A stretch of 64,000 bases of DNA. Origin: Nitrospirota bacterium. Lineage in GTDB: Bacteria > Nitrospirota > UBA9217. The first letter of the stretch is position 1, and every line of letters begins with the position of its first letter. The notes under the pieces were generated by a model. It had not been told where the DNA came from. It ran no database searches and saw only the letters and a list, made by a program, of their open reading frames with translations. The position numbers were made by a program, and so were the translations under genes. The DNA lies in NCBI GenBank assembly GCA_963840455.1, contig CAWIYV010000010.1, positions 32,001 through 96,000 of the forward strand. Direction: 5' to 3'. Below are positions 21,008 to 31,210 of this stretch, one piece after another.

Positions 21008-22219
21008 TCAGCGCGTCCCGACGGATCGCCAGTCAATTATGGGCAGAAAGGCGCCGTTCTTAATGACGGTCATATAGACCTCATGGGATCCCTGGTGGTT
21101 GTCCTTCGAGAAGCTGATAGTGTTCCCGGCCTTGATGTCCAGGTCCCGAATACTTTCCGCCGCATCGATGAACGATTCGCGCGTGGGATTCTTGCCCGCC
21201 CTTTGGAGCGCCTCGACAAAGACCTTGGTCGCCAGGTAGCCTTCCAGACTTCCGAAGCTGGGGGCCGCTCCGCCACCGTACTTTCCCAGCGCCGATAGAT
21301 AATCGCTGACAGCAGGGAAGTTTCCGCCTCCCTGGGAGAACGGCGGAACGACCTGGGAGACCACCACGCCGTCACCATGCACCTCCAGCATCGATGCAAG
21401 CCGGTCCGGTCCCACGAAGGAAACGTTCATGAAGACCGGGATTGTGTCCCTCTCACCCCCGGCGAGGGTAGCCTTCAGCTTCCAGGTCCGGATGAACTTG
21501 GAACAGGCGCTGTACGTCCCGCCCATCACCACCGCATCGGGCCGCTCCCTCATGATGGCATCCACGGCAGGGATCACGTTCTCAAAGTTCCGCGTGTAGA
21601 CCCCCATTCCAACTGGCGTCAGCCCCCTCGTCTGGAGTGCGAGCCTGGTCCCGTCCAGCACGGCTTTCCCGTAGCCGTCGTCCTGGTGGAAGACCGCGAC
21701 CTTCCGGTAGCCCAGTACGTCGACCATCCCCTTGATGAATGCTTCGATCTCCTGATTATAGCTTGCCCGGTAATGGAACAGGTAGCGGCTGACCGGCTTC
21801 CGGAGCGATTCGGCCCCGGTGAACGGCGCAAAGAGCGGGACCCGGTTCTCCTCAAGGACGGGCTTGATCGCCAGCGTGGTCGGCGTGCCAACGTTCCCCA
21901 GGAGGCAGAACACCTTGTCCTCGGTGATCAGTTTTTTCACCTGGATGACCGTATTGGTGGGCTCGTACCGGTCGTCGTATGCAACAAGCTTAATCTTCCT
22001 CCCGTGCACGCCGCCGGATTCGTTCACCTTGCCGAGGTACGCTTCCACGCCGGCACGGAAGTTCGTCCCCAGGAAAGCGGAAGGACCCGAGAGGGCTGTG
22101 GACATGCCAATGGTGACCTGGTTGACGGTGACGCCCGGCTCCGCGAACGCCGGAAGCGTGACCATGGAGAGGATAAGCACGAGGGCCACCGGCAACAACG
22201 TGATAAGCTTCCTGTTCAT
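21008..22219 (-). CDS. Branched-chain amino acid (LivJ-like) periplasmic binding protein, paralog
   Basis: Same motifs as 19544-20749 with long identical blocks (FAPFTGAESLRKPV, FIKGMVDVLGYRKVAVF). Confidence 0.92.
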   Translation of the reverse strand: MNRKLITLLPVALVLILSMVTLPAFAEPGVTVNQVTIGMSTALSGPSAFLGTNFRAGVEAYLGKVNESGGVHGRKIKLVAYDDRYEPTNTVIQVKKLITEDKVFCLLGNVGTPTTLAIKPVLEENRVPLFAPFTGAESLRKPVSRYLFHYRASYNQEIEAFIKGMVDVLGYRKVAVFHQDDGYGKAVLDGTRLALQTRGLTPVGMGVYTRNFENVIPAVDAIMRERPDAVVMGGTYSACSKFIRTWKLKATLAGGERDTIPVFMNVSFVGPDRLASMLEVHGDGVVVSQVVPPFSQGGGNFPAVSDYLSALGKYGGGAAPSFGSLEGYLATKVFVEALQRAGKNPTRESFIDAAESIRDLDIKAGNTISFSKDNHQGSHEVYMTVIKNGAFLPIIDWRSVGTR

Positions 22220-22434
22220 ACAAAGCTCCTTCTGCTCCGATAGTCAGAGTACCGTATGGACCAGGAGCATGGGTCGACGACGATTGGAAAAATTATAGCG
22301 TACCTTCCGGGAAGCGCAAGCGCTGATCGCCATTTGTGCTGAGGAAAGAGAAAAAAAAGAGGTGCGATATTCCGCACCTCTTTGTCAGGTTCTGCTGTAT
22401 CGGCCCCTGTCCCGCTGTTCGCCGCAGGACCCGG

Positions 22435-22878
22435 TCAATCTTTGTCGCGACCTTTTCCCTTGCCTTTCCCTTTTCCCCGGCCCGTTCCGCTGTCCCCGCC
22501 GTACAGATCATGGCCGCGCTTCAATGCATGGAACTCCTTTGATCCCGGCTTGATGCCCAGACTCTTTGCCAAATTGCCCCAGCCCTGCCCTTTCGACGAA
22601 CGATATCGCTCCGTAACGCGGTCCGTCGGCTGACCCGACATCTCCCCGAGGCGCAGCACCATGTAGGCGTCAGCGGGCTTTTCAACACTGCTCAACACTG
22701 CCGTGATCTGCGCGTCGCCGATCTTGAATCGCGTCGCAAGACTTGCCTTGAATCCTGATGGATCGGCCTGCGCCCTGATGTTCAAGTCCTTCATCCACTC
22801 GAAGTCACCCGCCAACGCCGCTCCGGCCGCAAGCAGCACCACGACCACGCCCGCCAGTACCCGTCTGATCGTCATCAT
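22435..22878 (-). CDS. Secreted hypothetical protein with GK-repeat tail
   Basis: Signal peptide; GQGWGNLAKSLGIKPGSKEFHALK; C-terminal GKGKGKGKG; terminator-like hairpin at ~22350-22383. Confidence 0.8.
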   Translation of the reverse strand: MMTIRRVLAGVVVVLLAAGAALAGDFEWMKDLNIRAQADPSGFKASLATRFKIGDAQITAVLSSVEKPADAYMVLRLGEMSGQPTDRVTERYRSSKGQGWGNLAKSLGIKPGSKEFHALKRGHDLYGGDSGTGRGKGKGKGKGRDKD

Positions 22879-22918
22879 CCACTCATCCCCCTGTCCATGA
22901 ATATCGGGACCGCAGATA

Positions 22919-24544
22919 TCAATCGCGTTGCCGCAATTTTCTCATAAAATACACCGCCGCCAGCAAAAGGATACCAGACGCGCCGGCGCTCCAGCGCGCG
23001 TCGGTGTCGTAACCGCTGATACGGAATGCCACGGCAGCGGCTGCCGCGCCCGCCGAAAACATGGCCAAGACGAAGGCCCTGCCAATGTTGTGGATATGAC
23101 GGAGCACGCCCACAATGTCTCGGGACCCGATCTCGACGCGCAGTTCGCCGCGTGACGTAGTGACCAGGAGATCATGGAGCATTTTCGGCAGCTTCACGAG
23201 CGACCGCGCCGCGCCGGCAACCTGCTTCAGCGCGCCCTGTGCGGACATCTCCTCGGACTGTATGAACCGCTTCGCGTAGGGAGCCGATATCTCGATGATG
23301 TTCGTCTGCGGGTCGAGCTGCGAGCCCAGGCCGTTCAGCATGCCCACGACGCGGCCCAGCAGGATGAAGTCGTTGGGGATCTGGATGGCGGGATTAAGCT
23401 GCACTGCCTGCTGGATATCGCGGCCGATCTCCTCGATGTCCATTGCCTTGAACTCGCCGGGAGAGATGTCGCGGTACTTCTGGAGCAGGCGGTCAACGAA
23501 GACAACGAGCGGCTGGATGTCCTTGGTGAGCGGGATGAATCCCATGTCCACCAGCGCCCGCACGAGCCCCAGGCTGTCGCGCTCCACGATGGCGATGAAA
23601 GCCCGCCGGAGTTCCTCCTTCTTCCGCGCCGAGATGCGGTCCACCATGCCGAAGTCCACCAGAATCACGGAGGGACCCGACCGGACAAAGATGTTCCCGG
23701 GGTGCGGATCGCCGTGGAAGAACCCGTCGACGAAGAACATCTGGGCGTAGGCCTCGGCGAGGATGTGCGCCGTCTCTTTTTTGTCGATCCCCAGTCGGTC
23801 GATCTCCGCGAGGTCGGTGATCTTGGTGCCTTCGAGGTACTCCAGCGTCAGGACCTTCGAGGTCGTGTAGGGCCAGTAGACGATGGGGATCTTGATGCGC
23901 TCGTTCTTGGCGAAGTTCCGGGCGAAGGACTCGGCGTTCTTCCCTTCGAGGAGATAGTCCAGCTCTTCGGCAACGATGCGGGAGAATTCGGAGTAAATGA
24001 CGTCGAGGTTGATCTGGCGGTACAGGATCCGGAGGATCCGGATAATGTACTTGAGGGCGCGCATGTCCGCGGCGATCACCTCATCGATGCCGGGGTACTG
24101 GACCTTGACGACGATGCAGTCGCCGTCGCGAAGGCACGCGCGGTGCACCTGGCCCAGCGACGCCGATGCTATGGGGATCTCGGTGAAATCGGAGAAGATC
24201 TCATCCATCGGCCCGAGCTCTTCGGTGAGCCGCCTCACGATGTCGGAGAACGGCGCCGGCGGTACCTGGTCCTGGAGCTTCGAAAGCTCGTCGGTGTACT
24301 CCTCGGGCAGGATGTCGACGCGGGACGAGAAGAACTGGCCGATCTTGATCAGGATGCCCCGCATCCGGACCATGCGCTCGCGGATCATCCGCGCCATCTG
24401 GCTGTGCTGCCGCTTCATGCGCTCGCGTCGGATGGTAGCGGGAGTTAAGATGTTCCGGAGCGCAAAGAGCTTGTAGCTCAGCAGCACCCGGAAGAAGAGG
24501 ATGACGACCCGCACGACGCGGCCGCGGTATCTGAAGAATCGCAT
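22919..24544 (-). CDS. AarF/UbiB (ABC1) family protein kinase
   Basis: IKIGQFFSSRVD, ASASLGQVH, VKVQYPGI, FHGDPHPGN, VDFGMV. Confidence 0.95.
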   Translation of the reverse strand: MRFFRYRGRVVRVVILFFRVLLSYKLFALRNILTPATIRRERMKRQHSQMARMIRERMVRMRGILIKIGQFFSSRVDILPEEYTDELSKLQDQVPPAPFSDIVRRLTEELGPMDEIFSDFTEIPIASASLGQVHRACLRDGDCIVVKVQYPGIDEVIAADMRALKYIIRILRILYRQINLDVIYSEFSRIVAEELDYLLEGKNAESFARNFAKNERIKIPIVYWPYTTSKVLTLEYLEGTKITDLAEIDRLGIDKKETAHILAEAYAQMFFVDGFFHGDPHPGNIFVRSGPSVILVDFGMVDRISARKKEELRRAFIAIVERDSLGLVRALVDMGFIPLTKDIQPLVVFVDRLLQKYRDISPGEFKAMDIEEIGRDIQQAVQLNPAIQIPNDFILLGRVVGMLNGLGSQLDPQTNIIEISAPYAKRFIQSEEMSAQGALKQVAGAARSLVKLPKMLHDLLVTTSRGELRVEIGSRDIVGVLRHIHNIGRAFVLAMFSAGAAAAAVAFRISGYDTDARWSAGASGILLLAAVYFMRKLRQRD

Positions 24545-24649
24545 GGTTGATTATACCAAATTCATGGAAAAGGGACAGGACTTCCGCATGTTCACAACAG
24601 AGGCACAGCAGCCGTCCCGGCGGTTGGGTGATGCGGGTGAGAGCGGGGC

Positions 24650-25456
24650 CTACTTGACGATATCGCCGTACTCCTCAGGCCGCCGATGGCGCAGGAATCC
24701 CCAGGTCTCTACCGCTGCGTCCCGGTCCTTCAGGTCGATGTCGGCAATGACGATGGCGTCCTTGCTCCCGGCAAGCTCCGAGACCATCTCGCCCCAGGGC
24801 CCGGCGCAGAAGCTCCTGCCATAGAACACGATGCCCTCCTCCTGTCCGACCCGGTTCACGCGGAAGATAAAGATATTGTTGGCAAAGGCGTTCGCCGACA
24901 CGGCCCGCTCCCACAGAACGTGGCTCTCCACCGACGCGGCCGTGGGCGCGAACACGATGTCGGCCCCTTTGAGTGCCAGGACCCGCGTGCCCTCGGGGAA
25001 CAGGTTGTCCCAGCAGATCTGGACGCCGATCCTGCCGCGGGAGGTCCCGAAGACCGGAAGACCGGTATCTCCGGGCGAGAAGTAGAACCGTTCCTTATAA
25101 AAGGGGATGTCAGGGAGATGAAGCTTGCGGTAGACGCCGAGGACCTTGCCGCAGTCAATGACCGCGGCGCTGTTGTACAAGCGGTCCCCGCTCTTCTCGA
25201 AAAAGGGCAGCACGATGACGACCTGGTGTTTGAGCGACATCTTGACGAACTCGGCCACCATCGCTCCGGAGACCTCGCAGGCAAGGGACCGTCCCGCCGG
25301 GTCCTCCTTCCGGGGGAACCAGGGGAAGAGGCAGAGCTCGGGATAGCCGATGATCTTGGCGCCCTTCTCCGCGGCCACCCCGGCCATCTCCACAGCGCGG
25401 CTGATGTTCTTTGCAACATCAGCCCCCGCGCTCATCTGTATGCCGGCGATCCTCAT
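24650..25456 (-). CDS. Carbon-nitrogen hydrolase (nitrilase superfamily, N-carbamoylputrescine amidase-like)
   Basis: Catalytic triad E (YPEL), K (YRKLHLP), C (QICWD). Confidence 0.92.
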   Translation of the reverse strand: MRIAGIQMSAGADVAKNISRAVEMAGVAAEKGAKIIGYPELCLFPWFPRKEDPAGRSLACEVSGAMVAEFVKMSLKHQVVIVLPFFEKSGDRLYNSAAVIDCGKVLGVYRKLHLPDIPFYKERFYFSPGDTGLPVFGTSRGRIGVQICWDNLFPEGTRVLALKGADIVFAPTAASVESHVLWERAVSANAFANNIFIFRVNRVGQEEGIVFYGRSFCAGPWGEMVSELAGSKDAIVIADIDLKDRDAAVETWGFLRHRRPEEYGDIVK

Positions 25457-25722
25457 CGTGTCCGCGCAGGGAGCAGGCGGCTATGGCGCGCCTGTCCGTT
25501 GCTGCGGAGCATTATAGCGGTCAACGGGGAAAATGTAAATGGAATTTCATGCGACTCTCGATGTTCTCCCGCGGGAATACAGAACGCAAGGCTAGCCTCC
25601 CGCGGCCCTTCAAACGGCTGGCCGCATACTGCTCAATTCCGCAGTTGGAGTTATGCATAATGAGAACCAACGCCCCCAACGTTCCCCAGACGGCCCCGGA
25701 TAAAAGCATCTATAATTAGGAT

Positions 25723-26802
25723 ATGAATCACCCAGCAAGTCCTGATCTGGTGCGCATCGACGGTTCCTTCGGCGAAGGAGGGGGCCAGGTCCTGCGCACG
25801 TCGCTCGCCCTGTCCTGCGTGCTCGGACAGCCGATGGAGATCACGAACATCCGCAAGGCCAGGAAGAACCCGGGCCTCCGTCCGCAGCACCGGACAGCGG
25901 TCATGGCTGCTGCTTCCATCACCGGCGCCGAGGTCCAGGGTGCGGAGCTCTCGTCAGCAGCGCTCCAGTTCCGGCCCAACAGGACCAGCGGCGGTTCCTA
26001 CCGGTTCGATGTTGCCGAGAAGCAAGGCAGCGCCGGCAGCGTCAGCCTCGTGCTCCAGACCATCCTCCTGCCCCTCTGCTTCGCGGAACAGCCGTCCGAG
26101 GTCTTGGTGAAGGGCGGTACTCACGTGCCCTGGAGCCCGTCGTTCCACTATCTCCACTCCATCTTCGTGCCCCTGCTCGACCGCCTCGGTGCGCGCATCG
26201 AGCTCTCGATCGCATCCTGGGGCTGGTATCCGATCGGCAACGGTCAAGTCTCCGCCCGGATCGAGCCAGCGAAATCGCTCCAGCCGCTCACCATGATAGA
26301 TCGGGGCGGGCTCGTGCGCGTCACCGGCATCTCAGCGGTCTCGAACCTTCCCGGCCATATCGCAACGCGCCAACGCGACCGGGCGCGTGCGGTCCTCGGC
26401 ATGCAGGGCATCGACGCGTCCATCGAGACCCTGTCAGCGGCCTCGCTTTGCAAGGGCTCCTTCCTGTTCCTTGCCGCGGAGTTCGAGCATATCTCTGCCG
26501 GGTTCGGCAGCCTCGGCGCCATCGGCAAGCGGGCCGAGGATGTGGCTGACGAGGCATGCAACGGGCTGCTTTCCCATCTGTACTCAAAGGGCGCGCTGGA
26601 CCCGCACCTGGCGGACCAGGTCGTGCCCTGGCTCGCCTTCTGCCAGGGCACATCCGAGTTCACCACCAGCCGCGTCACCCAGCATCTTCTCACAAATCTC
26701 TGGGTGGTGCAGCAGTTCATGGATATTGATATCCAGGTGGAGGGACGCGAGGGAGAGGAAGGCCGGATCGTGATCCACCCCGCTGGGAGAAACGCTGTTT
26801 AA
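25723..26802 (+). CDS. rtcA: RNA 3'-terminal phosphate cyclase
   Basis: IDGSFGEGGGQVLRTSL, PGLRPQH, GGTHVPWSP, DPHLADQ. Confidence 0.96.
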   Translation: MNHPASPDLVRIDGSFGEGGGQVLRTSLALSCVLGQPMEITNIRKARKNPGLRPQHRTAVMAAASITGAEVQGAELSSAALQFRPNRTSGGSYRFDVAEKQGSAGSVSLVLQTILLPLCFAEQPSEVLVKGGTHVPWSPSFHYLHSIFVPLLDRLGARIELSIASWGWYPIGNGQVSARIEPAKSLQPLTMIDRGGLVRVTGISAVSNLPGHIATRQRDRARAVLGMQGIDASIETLSAASLCKGSFLFLAAEFEHISAGFGSLGAIGKRAEDVADEACNGLLSHLYSKGALDPHLADQVVPWLAFCQGTSEFTTSRVTQHLLTNLWVVQQFMDIDIQVEGREGEEGRIVIHPAGRNAV

Positions 26803-26886
26803 GCTGTGATTTGGAGCGGATGCTTTGCCCATGCTCCGTGTCGCGCCTTTATCCCTGCGTCACGTGAAACGGCAAGGAGGGAGGCC

Positions 26887-27228
26887 ATGAAGATCGATTC
26901 CTATTCCTTCGGCAGGATCGTCATCGACGGGAAGACCTACACCTCGGACGTTATTATCTATCCCGGCAGGGTAGACGCCTCGTGGTGGCGGAAGGAGGGG
27001 CACCTGCTCCACCTGGCTGACCTGGGCGAAGCGCTTCGGGCGAAGCCGGACGTGCTCGTCATCGGCACAGGCGCTGCCGGCGTCATGCGCGTTCCCCGGG
27101 AGACCGTTGACCGGATCGCCGGTCAGGGCATCGAGGTGAAGGTGGAGCGGACGTCAAAGGCGGTCGGGCTGTACAACGGGCTGCAGGGCGCAAGGACCGT
27201 GATCGCGGCGCTGCATATCACGTGCTGA
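26887..27228 (+). CDS. Mth938-like (DUF498) protein
   Basis: MKIDSYSFGRIVIDGK, WWRKEGH, VIGTG, ALHITC; GGAGG RBS. Confidence 0.92.
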   Translation: MKIDSYSFGRIVIDGKTYTSDVIIYPGRVDASWWRKEGHLLHLADLGEALRAKPDVLVIGTGAAGVMRVPRETVDRIAGQGIEVKVERTSKAVGLYNGLQGARTVIAALHITC

Positions 27229-27296
27229 GCAGGGTCACCGGTGAATATCCGTGCCTGTACTCTTTCGCGTTCGCGCAGGAAGCTTGCGCTGGCAGG

Positions 27297-27435
27297 TTGA
27301 AGCTCCCTGACGCTAAATGCATGGAGCTTCGATCCTCAGGGTAGATTGCTTATCCTAATCGTTCGCTAACCCCGCAGCAAGACTTCGGCGAGCTCAGTCG
27401 AGTCGCTGCGGGGAATGCACTCGCTCCTGGATTCA
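27297..27435. repeat. Dispersed hairpin repeat, copy 2 (longest; carries a nested palindrome)
   Basis: Shares CTTCGATCCTCAGGGTAGA and CTCGCTCCTGGATTCACG exactly with the copy at 52637; contains a CCCCGCAGC...GCTGCGGGG stem. Confidence 0.8.
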
Positions 27436-27663
27436 CGCGGCTACATGCCGGAGGCGGTAGGTGATCCTGCCCTTCGTCAGGTCGTAGGGCGAAAGGTCGA
27501 CCTTCACCCGATCGCCGTTCACGATCCTGATGTGCCGCACGCGCATCTTGCCCGACAAGTGTGCAAGGACCGTCTGGCCCGTGTCGAGCTTTACGTGGAA
27601 CAGCGTATGGGGCAGCGTCTCCACGATCGTTCCCTCGACCTCGATCATATCCTCTTTCGGCAT
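27433..27663 (-). CDS. infA: Translation initiation factor IF-1 (stand-alone copy)
   Basis: [40 protein letters not shown]. Confidence 0.95.
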   Translation of the reverse strand: MPKEDMIEVEGTIVETLPHTLFHVKLDTGQTVLAHLSGKMRVRHIRIVNGDRVKVDLSPYDLTKGRITYRLRHVAA

Positions 27664-27804
27664 ATTCCATCACTTCCCTTTCAAGCCCCCTGTTAAATCT
27701 TCCTTACTTATATTATACCGCGCGGCAAGATATCAGGAGCGGGCCTTTGGGTGAGCGATGCAGGGATGCGGGACCATACAGGGAGGGGAGGAGGCTGATG
27801 AACG

Positions 27805-29553
27805 CTATGCCGATGCTTTCCCGCGCTGTTTTCTCGATCTGCAGGCCTTCAATCGCTCGATGAGCTGCGCATAGGACAGCGTATTCAGCACGTCCTTCTT
27901 CTCCACCCATCCCCGGCGCGCGACCGAAACGCCATATGCCATGTAATCGAACTGGTTCGCAACGTGCGTATCGGTGCTGATGACCAGCGGCACGCCGTAG
28001 CCCTTCGCGATCCTGATGTGCAGGTCGTTCAGGTCGAGCCGGAGCGGATAGGCATTGATCTCCATGGCCACGCCGTACTTCGCGGCCTCTTTCAGCACCG
28101 CGTCCAGGTCAACGGCATAGGCGTCGCGCTCGCCCAGGAGCCTGCCCGTTGGATGGGCGATCACGTTCACGCAGGGGTTCCGGACCGCAGCGAGCAGCCG
28201 CCGGGTGATCTGCTCCTGCGGCTGCTTGAACCCCGAATGGATCGACGCCACAACGATGTCGAGGCCCGCGAGCGCCTCGTCCGCGAGGTCGAGCCTGCCG
28301 TCCGCCCGGATGTCCACTTCCGTCCCCGCGAGGACCGTGAACCCACGCAGCTTTTCGTTCACGCCCGTGATGAGCCGCATCTGCTCCCGGAGGCGCTTTT
28401 CGTCCAACCCGTGGGCCACGGCGAGCCCTTTCGTGTGGTCGGTGACAGCGATATAGCGGTATCCCCGCTTCCTCGCTTCCTGCACCATCGTATCGAGGTC
28501 ATGGCTGCCGTCGGACCATTTCGTGTGCACATGGAGATCGCCCTTGATGTCCGCAAGCGTCACCAGCTCCGGCAGCCGCCCTTCCAGCGCCGCCTCGATC
28601 TCGCCGGTGTCCTCCCTGAGCTCCGGCGGGATCCATGCCAGCTTGAGCGCCCGATACACGTCCTCTTCCTTTGTTCCCCCGATCTTCTTTTCGCCCGGCT
28701 CCCGGAACACGCCGTACTCGTTGATCTTGAGCCCGGCCCGCACGCCCATTTCGCGGAGCTTGATGTTATGCTGCTTGCTGCCGGTAAAGTATTGGAGCGC
28801 GGCGCCGAAGGAATCCTCGTCCACCACGCGCAGGTCGACCTGGATGCCGTCGTCCGTGATGATGGAGGATTTTGTTTCGCCATGGGCGAGCACCCTGCCC
28901 GTCTGCGGAAGATTCACGAACGCTGCCATCGCGGCCGCGGGGTCCCGGGAGGTGGCAAGGATGTCGATGTCCTTGACCTTGTCCTTCCATCGCCGGATGC
29001 TGCCTGCCACCTCGATCCGTTCAACGTACGCGCTGCCGCGCATGCGGCGGACGATCTCCTCGGCCAGCGGCAGGACCCTGCCGATCGGCCTGCGTTCGGT
29101 CCCGCGCCTCAGGAGCTCGATGCCCTTCAGGATGTTCTCCTCGGTCCGCTTCTGGATGCCGGGCAGGCCGCTGAGCTTTCCAGCGCGGACGGCAGCCTCC
29201 AGGTCGTCGATACCCTTGACCTTGAGTTTGTCGGACAGCAGCTTCGCCTTCTTCGGCCCCAGGCCTGGAACGCGGAGCAGATCAAGCAGGCCTTCGGGAG
29301 CAGCAGCCTTCAGCTCTTCATGCTTTGCGATCCTGCCGGTCTCGAGGAATTCCCGGACCTTGGCAGCCAGGTCCTTCCCGATACCCGGGACCGCCTCAAG
29401 CTCCTCAGACGAAAGGGATGCCACGTCCTTGGACAAATCCCCGATGTTCTGCGCCGCCCTGCGGTAGGCGCGGATGCGGAACACGTTCTCGTTCTTGAGC
29501 TCCAAAAGCTCCGCGATTTCGTTGAATATGTCTGCGATCTGCTGGTTCTTCAT
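27805..29553 (-). CDS. polX: DNA polymerase/3'-5' exonuclease PolX (PolX-PHP)
   Basis: HhH GIGK, AGSIRR, DID, LQYFTGSKQHN; PHP motifs DLHVHT, TDH, AHPTGR, TDTH. Confidence 0.95.
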   Translation of the reverse strand: MKNQQIADIFNEIAELLELKNENVFRIRAYRRAAQNIGDLSKDVASLSSEELEAVPGIGKDLAAKVREFLETGRIAKHEELKAAAPEGLLDLLRVPGLGPKKAKLLSDKLKVKGIDDLEAAVRAGKLSGLPGIQKRTEENILKGIELLRRGTERRPIGRVLPLAEEIVRRMRGSAYVERIEVAGSIRRWKDKVKDIDILATSRDPAAAMAAFVNLPQTGRVLAHGETKSSIITDDGIQVDLRVVDEDSFGAALQYFTGSKQHNIKLREMGVRAGLKINEYGVFREPGEKKIGGTKEEDVYRALKLAWIPPELREDTGEIEAALEGRLPELVTLADIKGDLHVHTKWSDGSHDLDTMVQEARKRGYRYIAVTDHTKGLAVAHGLDEKRLREQMRLITGVNEKLRGFTVLAGTEVDIRADGRLDLADEALAGLDIVVASIHSGFKQPQEQITRRLLAAVRNPCVNVIAHPTGRLLGERDAYAVDLDAVLKEAAKYGVAMEINAYPLRLDLNDLHIRIAKGYGVPLVISTDTHVANQFDYMAYGVSVARRGWVEKKDVLNTLSYAQLIERLKACRSRKQRGKASA

Positions 29554-30004
29554 GAGAGAGGTCCTCTCAGGACGTACCCTGCCGCATGCTGACGCGACAG
29601 CAGGGGGCTTTATTCAGCGCAGTCATAAGCCTGCAGGCAGCTTCTTTATTGATTTTAGCATGGAATAACGGCGGATGGTTCTTTAGAAAGAAACTGCTGG
29701 TTCGTCGGACGGAAGGTCGGGGTGAAAAGTAATAGTACAATGACCCACGATCTCGCATCCATTGAAAATCGTCAAATGACGTATAAACAACTACAGTCTC
29801 ACCCGCCAGCAGTCGTTATAGTCCTTTTTTCGTAGTTATTGATCATTTGAGATGCACTCGCTTTCTTCGCGCCATCGATATGAGAACAGCATGTTCCGGC
29901 ACACAGTGTCATTTTTCGCGCTATAATTTATTTGTATTTTCGTTCTGACTACTACCGGCCCCAAGCGGCCTTCGGCCGCCGCGGAGGCAGAAAAGGAGGC
30001 AGCT

Positions 30005-31201
30005 ATGGGAGTTCATCATTTCACACGCAGGGAATTCCTGAAAGCCGCGGGCACGGTTACAGCCGTGACGGCAATGGGAGGCATGCCCTTCGATGCCCTT
30101 GCCGCACCTTACGAGCGCAGGCTCGTGAAGTTCCCCGAGAAGACCGACCTCATCCTGCTCACGTCCCGTCCGCCGCAGCTCGAAACGCCGCTCTCCTATT
30201 TCAAAGAGCAGATCACGCCGAACGACGCCGTTTTCGTACGATGGCACATCAGCGAGATCCCGACATCCGTGGACCTCGCAGAATGGCGCCTCAAGGTCAG
30301 CGGCAACACAGAGAAGGAACTGCAACTCTCGTTCGGCGACCTCGCGAAGTTCGAAAAGGTCTCGTACACCGCGGTCATCCAGTGCGCGGGGAATGGCCGC
30401 AGCTTCTTTGATCCCCGCGTGCCAGGCGGCCAGTGGAAGAACGGCGCCATGGCCAACGTGACCTGGGGCGGTGCGCGTCTCAAGGACGTGCTGAACGCAG
30501 CAGGCCTCAAGGCAGGGTCCGTGGACGTGTCCTTCAACGGGCTCGACCGAGGTCCGCTCCCGTCGGTGCCTGACTTCGTCAAGAGTCTGGCCATGGACCA
30601 TGCCCTCGAAGAGGACATCATCATCGCCTATGAGATGAACGGGAAACCGCTCACCATGCTGAACGGCTTCCCTGCCCGGCTGATCGTGCCCGGCTGGTAC
30701 GCCACCTATTGGGTCAAGTCGCTCTCCGACATCTCGGTGAACACCAAGGCCTTCGAAGGCTTCTGGATGAATCCTGCCTACCGCATCCCGGACACGGAGT
30801 GCGGCTGCATCCCGCCGGGATCGAAGCCTTCCCGGACCATACCGATCCACCGCATGTCGACCCGGTCGCTGATCATAACGCCGACCGAGGGAGAAACCTT
30901 GAAGACGAACAAGCCGGTGAACATCACAGGCGTGGCGTTCTCGGGCGGGTACGGGATCAAGGACGTGATCGCGTCCACGGACGGCGGAAGGTCGTGGAGC
31001 CAGGCAGGCTTGGGCAAGGACCTCGGCAAGTACTCCTGGATCCAGTTCACACTGCCCTGGAAGCCCGCGAAGGCCGGGACCTACACCCTCATGGCAAAGG
31101 CGACGAACAGCATCGGCGATTCGCAGCCCTTCGAAGGTCTGTGGAACCCTGCGGGCTATCTCTGGAACAAGGTCGAACCCCTGACCGTGAAGGTGAAATA
31201 G
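30005..31201 (+). CDS. sorA: Sulfite oxidase-family molybdoenzyme (SorA-like), Tat-exported
   Basis: TRREFLK twin-arginine signal, FVRWH, QCAGNGR (Mo-ligand Cys), NGFPARLIVPGWYATYWVK. Confidence 0.88.
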   Translation: MGVHHFTRREFLKAAGTVTAVTAMGGMPFDALAAPYERRLVKFPEKTDLILLTSRPPQLETPLSYFKEQITPNDAVFVRWHISEIPTSVDLAEWRLKVSGNTEKELQLSFGDLAKFEKVSYTAVIQCAGNGRSFFDPRVPGGQWKNGAMANVTWGGARLKDVLNAAGLKAGSVDVSFNGLDRGPLPSVPDFVKSLAMDHALEEDIIIAYEMNGKPLTMLNGFPARLIVPGWYATYWVKSLSDISVNTKAFEGFWMNPAYRIPDTECGCIPPGSKPSRTIPIHRMSTRSLIITPTEGETLKTNKPVNITGVAFSGGYGIKDVIASTDGGRSWSQAGLGKDLGKYSWIQFTLPWKPAKAGTYTLMAKATNSIGDSQPFEGLWNPAGYLWNKVEPLTVKVK

Positions 31202-31210
31202 GAGGATGCC

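Noticed and set aside
29810-29945. ModE-like boxes upstream of sorA (CGTTATAG..., CGCTATAA...TATTTTCG)
   Set aside because: Only half-site similarity with imperfect spacing; not distinguishable from AT-rich promoter sequence by eye.
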